This document shows, in pieces, positions 48,431 through 57,992 of a stretch of 64,000 nucleotides of DNA. The DNA is taken from assembly GCA_001774685.1 (NCBI GenBank), contig MFAS01000001.1, positions 479,557-543,556 of the forward strand, written 5' to 3'. The DNA comes from Candidatus Collierbacteria bacterium RIFOXYD2_FULL_45_13 (GTDB taxonomy: Bacteria > Patescibacteriota > Microgenomatia > UBA1400 > MFAQ01). Each line of letters opens with the position of its first letter. Position 1 is the stretch's first letter. The translations under genes and the position numbers were made by a program. The notes beneath the pieces were generated by a model. That model saw nothing but the letters and a program-made list of their open reading frames with translations. It made no database searches and was not told the DNA's origin.

Positions 48431-49681
48431 ATGAAACTTACCAAGTCCCTTTGGGTCTCTCTAATTATCGCCATCATACTGAGGCTAGTCATTTCGGGTT
48501 TCACTTTTCATCCCGATTTATCCGGACAGGTGCTTACTAGCTATTTTTTTGGATACAAAAACGTCTTCAACATTTACGACCATCTTGTAAGTCTCCCGGA
48601 CACTCATCCGTTGGTTCAGAACTTCGGAATTGGTGATATTTTCATCTACCCACCTCTGACATACTTCACATTAGGTGGTTTTCTCAAATTTTTCTCCTGG
48701 ATTATTCCCGAAAAGTTCTTTTTGGATTTGATGAATGGAGTGTCGGTATATACTCTTCCCAATTTATCTTTTAATCTAATTCTGATAAAACTCCCATATC
48801 TTCTGATCGATATCGGTATGGCTTTTGGTTTGGCCTCTCTCTTTGATGAGGAGAAGCAAAAGAGGTGGGCTTTCCTGCTCTGGTTATTTAATCCGGTCAC
48901 TTTCTACGCTACTTTTTCCATGGGTGTTTTCGATATTATCCCGGCTCTTTTCACCGTCCTTTCTCTCTACTTCGCCAAAAAGAAAAATCTTTATTTGGCG
49001 GCTATCATGATCTCTCTCGGTGCGGCGTACAAACAATATCCCATTTTTCTCCTGCCCTTTATTGTCTTTGCCGGTAAAGATTTCTGGGAGCGTCTGAAGA
49101 TCGCCCTTTGCGGTTTAATTCCTTATCTCCTTACCGTTGCTCCATTTCTATCCTCCTCAGCTTTCAAATACATGGTTTTTGGGGCCAAATCACAAAAGAT
49201 GTTCTATATGGAATGGATGGTAACAGCCGCCGAAGGCGTCTATCCTTATCTTCTCGGAGTGGTCCTCATCTATTTACACGCTTTCAGGGCTTCCCACCCA
49301 ATTCAGAAATTATGGAAATATTATCTGGGTTATTTCCTTCTTCTATTTGCGGTCACTCATTATCACCCTCAGTGGTTTCTTTGGATTTCTCCTTTTATCA
49401 TTATTGAGTTGGTCGCCAATCGATGGCGCAACCTTTGGCTCAATTTAACGTTACTTGCCTGTTACATCTTTATTGTACTTACCTTCGATAACTCTCTTTC
49501 GGTAGGGCTCTTCGCTGTGGCCAATCAAAGCTTAAATAATTTTCCCGGTATCGACAAACTCTTAGCAGCCAAAACCGACTTGGTTTTCTTGAAAAGTTCG
49601 GTGAGAAGCCTATTCGCAGGTGTTAGCCTTTTTCTACTATTTGACCTTCTTCAGACAAGAAGGAGGGGGCACCTTAAATAG
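48431..49681 (+). CDS. Polytopic membrane protein, GT-C-like (DUF2029/GT87-like) candidate
   Basis: It is 416 aa with about 11 TMs and carries WLFNPVTFYATF and YPP loop motifs. Confidence 0.4.
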   Translation: MKLTKSLWVSLIIAIILRLVISGFTFHPDLSGQVLTSYFFGYKNVFNIYDHLVSLPDTHPLVQNFGIGDIFIYPPLTYFTLGGFLKFFSWIIPEKFFLDLMNGVSVYTLPNLSFNLILIKLPYLLIDIGMAFGLASLFDEEKQKRWAFLLWLFNPVTFYATFSMGVFDIIPALFTVLSLYFAKKKNLYLAAIMISLGAAYKQYPIFLLPFIVFAGKDFWERLKIALCGLIPYLLTVAPFLSSSAFKYMVFGAKSQKMFYMEWMVTAAEGVYPYLLGVVLIYLHAFRASHPIQKLWKYYLGYFLLLFAVTHYHPQWFLWISPFIIIELVANRWRNLWLNLTLLACYIFIVLTFDNSLSVGLFAVANQSLNNFPGIDKLLAAKTDLVFLKSSVRSLFAGVSLFLLFDLLQTRRRGHLK

Positions 49682-49683
49682 GT

Positions 49684-50388
49684 ATGCCAAAAATCGGCCT
49701 CTTAGGCATTCTCTATCTTTTCTTAGTACCCTTTATTGTCTTTTCTGGGCAACCGCCTTTTCTTCTCTTTCTCTCTTTATTGCTTGGCTATCTGCTTTAT
49801 TGTCTTTTCCAAAAACCATCTCTCAGTCAATTTCTTATTTTCCTGGCAATCGTCGTCCTTGCTCTCATCATTCTCAGGCCACATCTTGGTCTTGATATGG
49901 GTTTACTAAATGCTATCAATTCCCAAAGAGGGGAACACCCAGATTTTCAAAACAGTATTATCTCTCGTCTCGTTCATAACAAGTCGGAACTGGCCCATTC
50001 TTTTATTTCCAATTTCAATAAACTTTTATCACCGGTAGCCATTTTTGCTTCAGGATTTTGGCACTGGCTCGATCCATATTATCCACTGGGTTATCTTTTT
50101 CCGTGGGATATCTATTTTATTTATCGCTATTTTCGAAATACCCATCAAGGCAAAACTAACAGCAATCTAGCCTTTTTTGTTCCAGCCCTAAGCATTCTCC
50201 TCTTAGTCACCGGTTTGATCTATGTGGACCAAGCCATTGTCTTCAGTTTTGCCATTCTCTTTTTTCTCGCCTTACTTTCAGTTATTGGCTACTCCACCAC
50301 TTCGAAAAAAAACCAACTCGGTTTCCTGGTTGCCAACATCGTTTATCTTCTATACCAGCTAAATATCACTGCCTACTTTAAGTTATGA
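49684..50388 (+). CDS. Integral membrane hypothetical protein
   Basis: It is 234 aa with at least 6 TMs, and it overlaps the downstream gene by 4 nt. Confidence 0.35.
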   Translation: MPKIGLLGILYLFLVPFIVFSGQPPFLLFLSLLLGYLLYCLFQKPSLSQFLIFLAIVVLALIILRPHLGLDMGLLNAINSQRGEHPDFQNSIISRLVHNKSELAHSFISNFNKLLSPVAIFASGFWHWLDPYYPLGYLFPWDIYFIYRYFRNTHQGKTNSNLAFFVPALSILLLVTGLIYVDQAIVFSFAILFFLALLSVIGYSTTSKKNQLGFLVANIVYLLYQLNITAYFKL

Positions 50389-52067
50389 CCAAACAGAGAA
50401 TCTTATTTTGGGTCATCATCCTCGTTATCATCTTTTTTACCCGTTTTTATCGGCTGACAGAGTATCCTCCACATCTAACCATAGATGAAGTCTCCATTGG
50501 TTATAACGCTTTTTCTATTTTGAAAACTGGTAGAGATGAGTGGGGAACCCCCTTCCCTGTCTCGTTCCGTTCAGTAGGGGATTACAAGGCTCCCGTTCTC
50601 GTTTATCTCACCATTCCTTTTGTTTGGCTTCTGGGTCTAAACGAGTTGAGTGTGCGGCTTCCGGTGGCCATCTTCTCCGCCTTCAACGTTTTTTTGGTTT
50701 GGTATCTCATTCGTCGTCATATCTTTGATCACAAATACTCCTACTTGTCTTACCTCGCCGCCATTATTTTCTCGCTATCACCTTGGTTAACGATCTTTTC
50801 TCGCTCCGGTTTCGAGGCTGTTATTGCCCTTACTTTTTTGTTGGCCAATGTCCTCTTTGCCTTTGAGTTTCGAAAGTCAGGATATCTAATCCACTTCTTT
50901 TATATGTTTGTCTTTGCTTATCTCTCGGCAATTGCCTACCACTCCACCAAGATTGTTGTTCCTCTGCTGAACCTTTTCTTTATTTTGACCAACTACCATT
51001 TCTTTCTTAATTGTGTCACCGGGTGGTATGCCCGGAAAAAGTTTACCTTTCTGTTCGCCATCCTTCTCTTAGTCGGTGTTACTGTCTTTTTTCTCCAAAA
51101 CTTTATACTCGGACCCGGTGCCTCCAGAGCCGGCATGACCTTTCTATCAAAAGATTACGACTTTACCAATGGTCTTCTGCCGAAGTTTTCTGGCCATCCC
51201 ATGGCTTCACTTACCTCCACCGTCGGCCTCGCTGGTTTATGGTTCAAAAGATATCTGGAATATTTTTCCGCCAATTTTTATCTTTCAAACGGCCTAGGCC
51301 TAGCGACACCCGGGCACCCCGGGCAAGGAGTGATCTTTGCCGTTGAATACCCCTTTCTAATCATTGGATTCTTTATCTTACTTTTTGGTCGCCGTTTCTT
51401 TGCTTCTTCCGTTTCCCATTATTTTGTCACCACCATTCTCACCGGCTGGTTTTTCTTCTCTTTATTACCGGCCTCAATTACCAACAATAGCCAGCACGCT
51501 TTACGGACTCTAAACATCGTCCCGGTAATCTCTATCCTTATTACCATAGGGTTTATTTATTGTTTTGAATTTTTCCGATCGAAACTAGCTAAGTCTCTCT
51601 TGGTTTCTTTTGTTATCCTTGGCTATCTATTCGGTCTCATCAGATTTACCGATTACTACACACTTCATTACCCAATTGAGCTTTCGGAAACCCGTTCCTA
51701 TGGCTGGAAACAAATCGCTATTTTTGCCAATGACCATTACACGGAGTATGACCATGTTTATGTCGATCCTCAGTTTGGGACTCAAGGTCCCTACACTTAC
51801 GGCGTACCCTATTTGTATTTCCTATTCTACTCACGGTACGACCCTAATCTATACAATTCCGATCCTCGCCGGAGACTTGGCGGTAGTGACTTTGAAAATT
51901 ACCTTTTTACGCCAATCAACTGGCCAGACCTCGACCACAGTCAAAATAATTTATACATTGCCAGCCCCTGGAGTCTCCCCAAAGAGATGATCGGATCTTC
52001 CCGACAAAAATACTACGTACCATTTCTCAATCAATCCTCAGGCTTATATGTCGTTTCCGATCGATAA
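50385..52067 (+). CDS. PMT/ArnT-like GT-C glycosyltransferase
   Basis: It has RFYRLTEYPPHLTIDEVSIGYNAFSILKTGRDEWGTPFPV. Confidence 0.75.
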   Translation: MTKQRILFWVIILVIIFFTRFYRLTEYPPHLTIDEVSIGYNAFSILKTGRDEWGTPFPVSFRSVGDYKAPVLVYLTIPFVWLLGLNELSVRLPVAIFSAFNVFLVWYLIRRHIFDHKYSYLSYLAAIIFSLSPWLTIFSRSGFEAVIALTFLLANVLFAFEFRKSGYLIHFFYMFVFAYLSAIAYHSTKIVVPLLNLFFILTNYHFFLNCVTGWYARKKFTFLFAILLLVGVTVFFLQNFILGPGASRAGMTFLSKDYDFTNGLLPKFSGHPMASLTSTVGLAGLWFKRYLEYFSANFYLSNGLGLATPGHPGQGVIFAVEYPFLIIGFFILLFGRRFFASSVSHYFVTTILTGWFFFSLLPASITNNSQHALRTLNIVPVISILITIGFIYCFEFFRSKLAKSLLVSFVILGYLFGLIRFTDYYTLHYPIELSETRSYGWKQIAIFANDHYTEYDHVYVDPQFGTQGPYTYGVPYLYFLFYSRYDPNLYNSDPRRRLGGSDFENYLFTPINWPDLDHSQNNLYIASPWSLPKEMIGSSRQKYYVPFLNQSSGLYVVSDR

Positions 52068-52091
52068 CGAATATAATTCTATTAGACTAAC

Positions 52092-52907
52092 ATGAAGAAT
52101 CTAATTTTTTGGACATCCACCATTCTCATATTTGTCTTCTGGCCGTTTTCATTTGTTCTTTCGAATCGGTCCGACTCGGTCATCTTTATCCTCGCTGCCT
52201 TAGTTTTGTTGGTGGACCGGTTTCTTTATCTTCGGAAGTACCAATATCACTATTTTACTTACCTGGTTTTGCCGTTACTTCATCCGGCCTACTTATTCTT
52301 TCCGATAGTCGCCATTCTTTTTTACTGGTCTGATATCAAAAAAATGTCTCTGGTTATTTACGCCGTATTCTTGATATTTATCTCCCTGTTTTCCTGGCAA
52401 TCCTTTTACGCCTACTCCATCTTTACTCCCGATCCGCTAGCCTTCGACACTCTAAACAAAAAAATCTCCCTTATTCCGAACAGGAACCTTGCCCGAATCT
52501 TTCACAACAAAACCGACCTTTTTCAGGATAAATTCAAGTCAAACGTTTTAACTTCTCTAGATCCAAACAACTATTTTTTTGCTCTTCACCCTCGGGAAAT
52601 TTTTGAAAACCAAAATCTCCACAAGTTCCCCTTCTTGGCCATAGTTCTCTTCTTGATTGGACTCTATCTCTTGATCAAGAGCCAGGATAGACTGTGGATA
52701 GTGTCTACACTCTTAGCCGGAATATTTTCCATTGCTCTGATCAATAATCAAGACAAGTTCGATCTGATTTTATATCTGCCCATCGCTCTCATCTGTTTAA
52801 TTGGCTTGAGAAAAATCTTTACTCTTTGCCAAGCATATTACCTTATTTTTTCCTTTCTCTTCTTACCTCTATCAATTATCGAACTGGCTCGCATAATCTT
52901 TAGATAA
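52092..52907 (+). CDS. Integral membrane hypothetical protein
   Basis: It is 271 aa with at least 7 TMs, and sits immediately upstream of the PMT-like tandem array. Confidence 0.35.
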   Translation: MKNLIFWTSTILIFVFWPFSFVLSNRSDSVIFILAALVLLVDRFLYLRKYQYHYFTYLVLPLLHPAYLFFPIVAILFYWSDIKKMSLVIYAVFLIFISLFSWQSFYAYSIFTPDPLAFDTLNKKISLIPNRNLARIFHNKTDLFQDKFKSNVLTSLDPNNYFFALHPREIFENQNLHKFPFLAIVLFLIGLYLLIKSQDRLWIVSTLLAGIFSIALINNQDKFDLILYLPIALICLIGLRKIFTLCQAYYLIFSFLFLPLSIIELARIIFR

Positions 52908-54581
52908 ATGAAGTTCTCGCATAAATATCTGCCGACCATTCTCATACTATTTGCTTTCTTGATTGGAGCTTTCTTCCGTTTTTACAAACTGGGGGAAACC
53001 CCCATAGGCCTCTATGTGGATGAAGCTTCACTTGGCTACAACGCCTATTCTGTCTACAAAACCGGCCTGGACGAATACGGTAAAAGTTTTCCTGTGATGT
53101 TCCGCTCCTTTTCCACCTTTCAGAGCCCAATATATTCTTACCTTCTGATTCCTGTTATTCACTTTCTGGATCTATCAATTTTTTCGGTGCGGCTACCCTC
53201 AGCCTTGTTCGGAGTTCTTACCATACCCTTAATTTATTTACTCGTCCGCCAACTTGCACCTCGCACTAAATACTTCGCACCAATCTCCGCCTTTCTCCTC
53301 GCAATTTCCCCGTGGCATATCAACTATAGCCGTACTGCCTATGAAGCAAATGTGGCCTTGTTTTTCTTGTTGCTGGGTTCCCTCTTTCTTCTAAATGCTC
53401 TCAAAAAATCTTGGTTCTTTCTCCCCGCCGCTTTATCATTCGTTATCTCCATGATGGCTTATCGGGCGGAAATAATCATCGTGCCGCTACTGGTCATCAC
53501 TTTCGCCCTTCGTTTTTCTGGCACAATCCTAGCTGAATCAAAACGGTATGCGTTACCCATCTTTATCAGTCTGGTCTTAGCCTTCGTCATTTTTTTTCCG
53601 ACTCTTCAAATTATGGGGACGCCGGGTTTCCAGGCCAGATCTTCTGTCCTCAATATTTTTGCCACCTCAGGACAACGTCCTTGGGGTGTTGGTGAAGGGC
53701 AGGGTCTGGTCCATGCTTTCACAAACAATCCTCAGATATTGGCAATCAGAGAGTTTCTCTCGCTATATAGTTCCTATCTGTCTCCTCGGTATATGTTTTC
53801 ACTTGGAGATTCTGGGCCTCGTCTGCCTTATCCCGGTATGGGCACCTTTTTTGTTTGGCAGTTTCCGCTTTATTTAATCGGTTTATATTTTTTGATCAAA
53901 GAGAAACAGCTGAAAGAGCTTACCTTCTTTATTTTCACCTTTCTCCTAGCCTCTCCCATTCCAGCCGCTCTTACCAGAGATCCATACTCCACACTTAGAT
54001 CACTTCCTTTAGTTATACCGCAGATACTGATTATTTCTTTTGGTTTGGTTAAACTCTGGGAACTACTTCCCTCCCTTTCTTCAAAAATGAAGTATTTGGT
54101 AGTTATCTTTGCCGTCAGTTTTTCCTCGGTCAGAATGTTCATCTCTATTTTCTACTTTAATGATTATTTCAACTCCAAGTTCTGGAACTACGGCTGGGAA
54201 ACAGTAGCCAAGGAAATTAAAGAGCTAGATCCCAGACTTCCGGTGGTGGTCGATAGTTCCCGCGGAGACAGCTATATCCTGATGATGTTCTTCCTTAAGT
54301 ACGACCCCTCCCTCTATCAGCGAGATAACTTTGAAGTCTCACCAGCAGAGTACTACACCAGCCTCACTAGAAAAGAGTCTAAAAATTTAGGAAACATTAC
54401 CATCAAGAGTATTGTCTGGGGTCCGGATACCGACGAGACAGAGCAGTTCTTGGTGGCAGATTATTTGGCCATGTCGGAAGTTCAGATTGATGCCCACAAT
54501 TTGACTATAATCAAAGAGATACCCTTCCCAGACGGCAAGGTGGCCTTGAGGATATTAAAAACAAATCCAAAGCGAAAATGA
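52908..54581 (+). CDS. PMT/ArnT-like GT-C glycosyltransferase (tandem array member 1)
   Basis: It has RFYKLGETPIGLYVDEASLGYNAYSVYKTGLDEYGKSFPV and an ISPWH loop. Confidence 0.75.
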   Translation: MKFSHKYLPTILILFAFLIGAFFRFYKLGETPIGLYVDEASLGYNAYSVYKTGLDEYGKSFPVMFRSFSTFQSPIYSYLLIPVIHFLDLSIFSVRLPSALFGVLTIPLIYLLVRQLAPRTKYFAPISAFLLAISPWHINYSRTAYEANVALFFLLLGSLFLLNALKKSWFFLPAALSFVISMMAYRAEIIIVPLLVITFALRFSGTILAESKRYALPIFISLVLAFVIFFPTLQIMGTPGFQARSSVLNIFATSGQRPWGVGEGQGLVHAFTNNPQILAIREFLSLYSSYLSPRYMFSLGDSGPRLPYPGMGTFFVWQFPLYLIGLYFLIKEKQLKELTFFIFTFLLASPIPAALTRDPYSTLRSLPLVIPQILIISFGLVKLWELLPSLSSKMKYLVVIFAVSFSSVRMFISIFYFNDYFNSKFWNYGWETVAKEIKELDPRLPVVVDSSRGDSYILMMFFLKYDPSLYQRDNFEVSPAEYYTSLTRKESKNLGNITIKSIVWGPDTDETEQFLVADYLAMSEVQIDAHNLTIIKEIPFPDGKVALRILKTNPKRK

Positions 54582-56281
54582 AATTCAAAAACATCCTTAG
54601 CCGATACTGGCCCCTTCTTTTAGTTCTTCTTCTGGGCGCCACTCTCAGACTCTATGGCTTACTTCAAAATCCAATCAGTCTATTTTCCGATGAGGTGGAC
54701 ATTGGTTATCAAGCATATTCCTTTTTATCCACTGGCAAGGATTATCAGGGGAACTGGCTACCTTTACAATTCCACTCCTTCTCCGACGTTCGTACGGCTT
54801 TACCCATCTACGCGACAGCTCTCGTCTCCCTCATCCCCAATGTGAGTTTGGATCTAGCCATTCGTCTTACGCCAGCTATCTTCGCTATTCTCGGCCTACT
54901 GGTAATCTATTTTTTGGCCAATAACATTTCCGAGCTGTTTGGACTTGGTGCCCGTGGCAATCTACTTTCTCTCGGTTTCTGGTCTACACTGATTTTATCG
55001 GTACTCCCTTGGCACTTCACTTATTCACGGATTGGTTTCGAACTTTCTATGCTAATTACGTTTTATCTGTTGGGTTTATTTTTCTACACACATTTCTTAA
55101 TCCACAATAGAGTCTGGGCTTTCATAGTCTCTTTGATATTGTTTTCGCTCACTCCCATGATTTACAGCACAGCCAAGCTTGCTCTGATATTTGTTCCTCT
55201 GACTTTATATATCCTTCCCGGTGCCAAAGAACTTTTGTGGGGTAAGAAGATCTCCCTTTGGCTTCTGCTACTGTTTATACCGCTCGGTTTTATTTTTATA
55301 AACGGAGGCGCGGCTCAACGTTTCAGTGAGATATCCATTTTTACGGACCCCACGACTCCCACCGAAATTAATTTTTTAAGAAAAGAGGACTTGGGTCCGC
55401 AGGCCCCTGTTGGATCACAGACCAACTTCTTTAGTAAAGCCATCCACAACAAAGTCATTTATCCTCTGGATGTTTTTCTAAAGAACATAGTAAGACCTCT
55501 TTCTTTTGACTATCTTTTTCTTCAGGGAGACACCAACCCCAGACATGCGGTTCAAGGCTGGGGCATGATGGAAAAAGCCCTCATTATTCCGCTTCTATTT
55601 GGTCTCTACAAGTTGGCTGAAGGCAAGCAAAAAAGGTTCCTCGTTTTTCTTTTCATACTAACGGTTGCCGCTATTATTCCTTCCGCTCTGACTCGAGATG
55701 GCGCCACCCATTCCTCTAGAACGTTTATGCTTATACTGCCTTTGGTCTTGGTCACCTCCTTTGGTTTTTATAATCTTTTTTCATCTTCGAGGTGGTTGGC
55801 TCTTTTGATTTTCTTGATGCTTCTGGTAGACACTTCTTACTACCTTCATGACTACTGGTCCCATTATCGGTACACGTCAGAGAGGTCTTGGAGTGCCGGC
55901 ATGAAAGGATTGATGGAATCAGTTGGTAAACACCCTGATCAGCCGGTAACTATCTCTCCAAAGTACGAGTATCCACTCATCTTCTATTTGTATTACACCC
56001 GCTTAGATCCACGAAAATTCCAAGCTTACTCCCAAAACCATACTGTTTATAACTCTACCTCAGGAAACTTTAACCTGGATGGCAACCGGATCGGGGACTC
56101 CAATTTCTACATTGCTTCGCTGGTGGATTACAAAAACAAACCTTCCGCATTATTACCAAACGCAGTTTATTACCTCACCAGGTCCGAGGTTGACACCAGT
56201 GCAATTGGTTCTGTGGCGACGATCGATGACATTATTAGTTTGCCCTCCGGCGAACCACTTTATTATGAACTCCATTACTAA
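54578..56281 (+). CDS. PMT/ArnT-like GT-C glycosyltransferase (array member 2)
   Basis: It has RLYGLLQNPISLFSDEVDIGYQAYSFLSTGKDYQGNWLP and an LPWH loop. Confidence 0.75.
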   Translation: MKFKNILSRYWPLLLVLLLGATLRLYGLLQNPISLFSDEVDIGYQAYSFLSTGKDYQGNWLPLQFHSFSDVRTALPIYATALVSLIPNVSLDLAIRLTPAIFAILGLLVIYFLANNISELFGLGARGNLLSLGFWSTLILSVLPWHFTYSRIGFELSMLITFYLLGLFFYTHFLIHNRVWAFIVSLILFSLTPMIYSTAKLALIFVPLTLYILPGAKELLWGKKISLWLLLLFIPLGFIFINGGAAQRFSEISIFTDPTTPTEINFLRKEDLGPQAPVGSQTNFFSKAIHNKVIYPLDVFLKNIVRPLSFDYLFLQGDTNPRHAVQGWGMMEKALIIPLLFGLYKLAEGKQKRFLVFLFILTVAAIIPSALTRDGATHSSRTFMLILPLVLVTSFGFYNLFSSSRWLALLIFLMLLVDTSYYLHDYWSHYRYTSERSWSAGMKGLMESVGKHPDQPVTISPKYEYPLIFYLYYTRLDPRKFQAYSQNHTVYNSTSGNFNLDGNRIGDSNFYIASLVDYKNKPSALLPNAVYYLTRSEVDTSAIGSVATIDDIISLPSGEPLYYELHY

Positions 56282-57992
56282 AAATCGACCACTCCTCTTC
56301 CTCTTTTTGTTCACCTTGCTCGGTGGTCTGCTCCGTTTTTGGAAATTAGACTCCTTTCCCGTTTCCCCAAACTGGGATGAAGCAAGTCACGGTTATAACG
56401 CTTTCTCGATTTTATTGACTGGCAAGGACGAATGGGGGGTCAGACTTCCTCTAATTTTTCGAGCCTTTGGTGATTACAAGCTACCTCTATATATCTACCT
56501 CACTGCTATACCTGTTTGGTTATTCGGATTAACCACCTTTTCGGTCCGCTTCATTTCTGCCTTGGCCGGCACTCTTGCCATCCCAGGCATTTACTTATTA
56601 ACCCGTGAGCTCTTTTCTCCATCACCAACCACTTCGCACTCCGCACCTCGCACTAACTACTCACTTTTCTCCGCTCTCCTCTTGGCCCTTTCTCCCTGGC
56701 ACTTTTTCATTTCCCGCCCGGCTTTGGAAGCCAACCTTTCTCTTACCTTAATCATTTTCGGCTTCTATTTCTTACTTAAATTCTTCCACTCAATTTCTCG
56801 CACCAATCACTACGCACTAATCACTTCTGTGGTTCTTCTCGGTCTCTCTCTCCATACTTACAATACGGCACGAGTCTTCGTGCCCTTACTCGTCATCGCG
56901 TCGTTTCTTATTTTTCGCCCCTCGTTCCGTGCACTTCGCACTCCGCACCTCGCACTAATAAGTTCCACCTTTCTTGCCCTTCTTTTCTCCGGTCTGGTTA
57001 TCTTTCAAGTATTTCTTGGTGCTGGTACCGCCCGTTATGAGAAACTCAAGATACTTTCTCCGGCCACTGTCTTCCAAATAGGGGAACAGAGAGCCCACAG
57101 CACTCTTAGTCCGCTCATCTCCAAATTAGTCCATAACCGCCCCATCTATTTCTTATCTGCTTTTACCAAAAATTATCTTGGATATTTCTCGCCACAATTT
57201 TTTTCTCAGCAATGGGGAGCCCAGTTCCAATTCGCCATTCCCGGTCAAAGTCTCTTAACTCTCCCCATCTTTCTTCTTGCTCTTCTCGGTTTTTCATTAC
57301 ACCTGCCGTCACTACGAGGTTCCTGGTCTTCGTTAAAATTCCTTTACGCTTGGTTACTTCTTTCCCCAGTAGCGGCCAGTCTTACTATCGACCCTCCCCA
57401 GGCACTCCGTCCGAATCCCATGATCCCGGCCATCATTATTTTTGCGGGTCTTGGTTTGTCTTGGCTGTTGACTGTTATTCCTGCCAAATTCATTAAACTC
57501 TTTACGATACTACTAGTACTATGGATCGGTGTCTCTTTTGGCTATTATCTCAGACAGTATTTTGGGAGCTATGCCTTGACGTATTCTTCTTCCTGGCAAT
57601 ACGGCTACGCCGAAGCCATGAACTTTGTTAAGGATCATCGGAATGAATATGATCGTGTTTTTATTACCAAACGTTTCGGAGAACCACACATTTTCTATGC
57701 CTTTTTCAATAGAGTTTCTCCACTATCAATACAACCAGGTGGGGACAATATTCGTTTTCAAAAATCGGATTGGTACTGGACGGATAAGATAGATAACATC
57801 TATTTCATCAATGATTGGCAAATTCCGGTCACTTCCATCAAGACTCTTCCTTTGGAGAGTGGGGGAGAGGTATCAACCCAAAAGAGCCTCTTAATTACTT
57901 CTGCCGGTCATGTCCCTGTCAACGCCCATGTCATTAAGACAGTCAATTTTCTCGATGGATCCCCAGCGTTTATAATTACCTCAGTACCTTAG
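56265..57992 (+). CDS. PMT/ArnT-like GT-C glycosyltransferase (array member 3)
   Basis: It has RFWKLDSFPVSPNWDEASHGYNAFSILLTGKDEWGVRLP. The ATG at 56265 is used because the ORF-track N-extension overlaps the upstream gene in another frame. Confidence 0.7.
   Translation: MNSITKNRPLLFLFLFTLLGGLLRFWKLDSFPVSPNWDEASHGYNAFSILLTGKDEWGVRLPLIFRAFGDYKLPLYIYLTAIPVWLFGLTTFSVRFISALAGTLAIPGIYLLTRELFSPSPTTSHSAPRTNYSLFSALLLALSPWHFFISRPALEANLSLTLIIFGFYFLLKFFHSISRTNHYALITSVVLLGLSLHTYNTARVFVPLLVIASFLIFRPSFRALRTPHLALISSTFLALLFSGLVIFQVFLGAGTARYEKLKILSPATVFQIGEQRAHSTLSPLISKLVHNRPIYFLSAFTKNYLGYFSPQFFSQQWGAQFQFAIPGQSLLTLPIFLLALLGFSLHLPSLRGSWSSLKFLYAWLLLSPVAASLTIDPPQALRPNPMIPAIIIFAGLGLSWLLTVIPAKFIKLFTILLVLWIGVSFGYYLRQYFGSYALTYSSSWQYGYAEAMNFVKDHRNEYDRVFITKRFGEPHIFYAFFNRVSPLSIQPGGDNIRFQKSDWYWTDKIDNIYFINDWQIPVTSIKTLPLESGGEVSTQKSLLITSAGHVPVNAHVIKTVNFLDGSPAFIITSVP
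56630..56958 (+). repeat. Exact 27-nt direct repeat CACTTCGCACTCCGCACCTCGCACTAA (56630..56656 and 56932..56958) inside one PMT-like gene
   Basis: The two copies are identical and lie 302 nt apart, so they are read in different frames (TSHSAPRTN versus ALRTPHLAL). Degenerate relatives occur at about 56796..56825 and in the paralog at 53256..53281. Confidence 0.7.

Noticed and set aside
56079-56264. 62-codon N-terminal extension of PMT-like gene 3
   Set aside because: It overlaps the previous gene's 3' end in another frame and has no TM or family signal. The Met at 56265 gives the conserved N-terminus.
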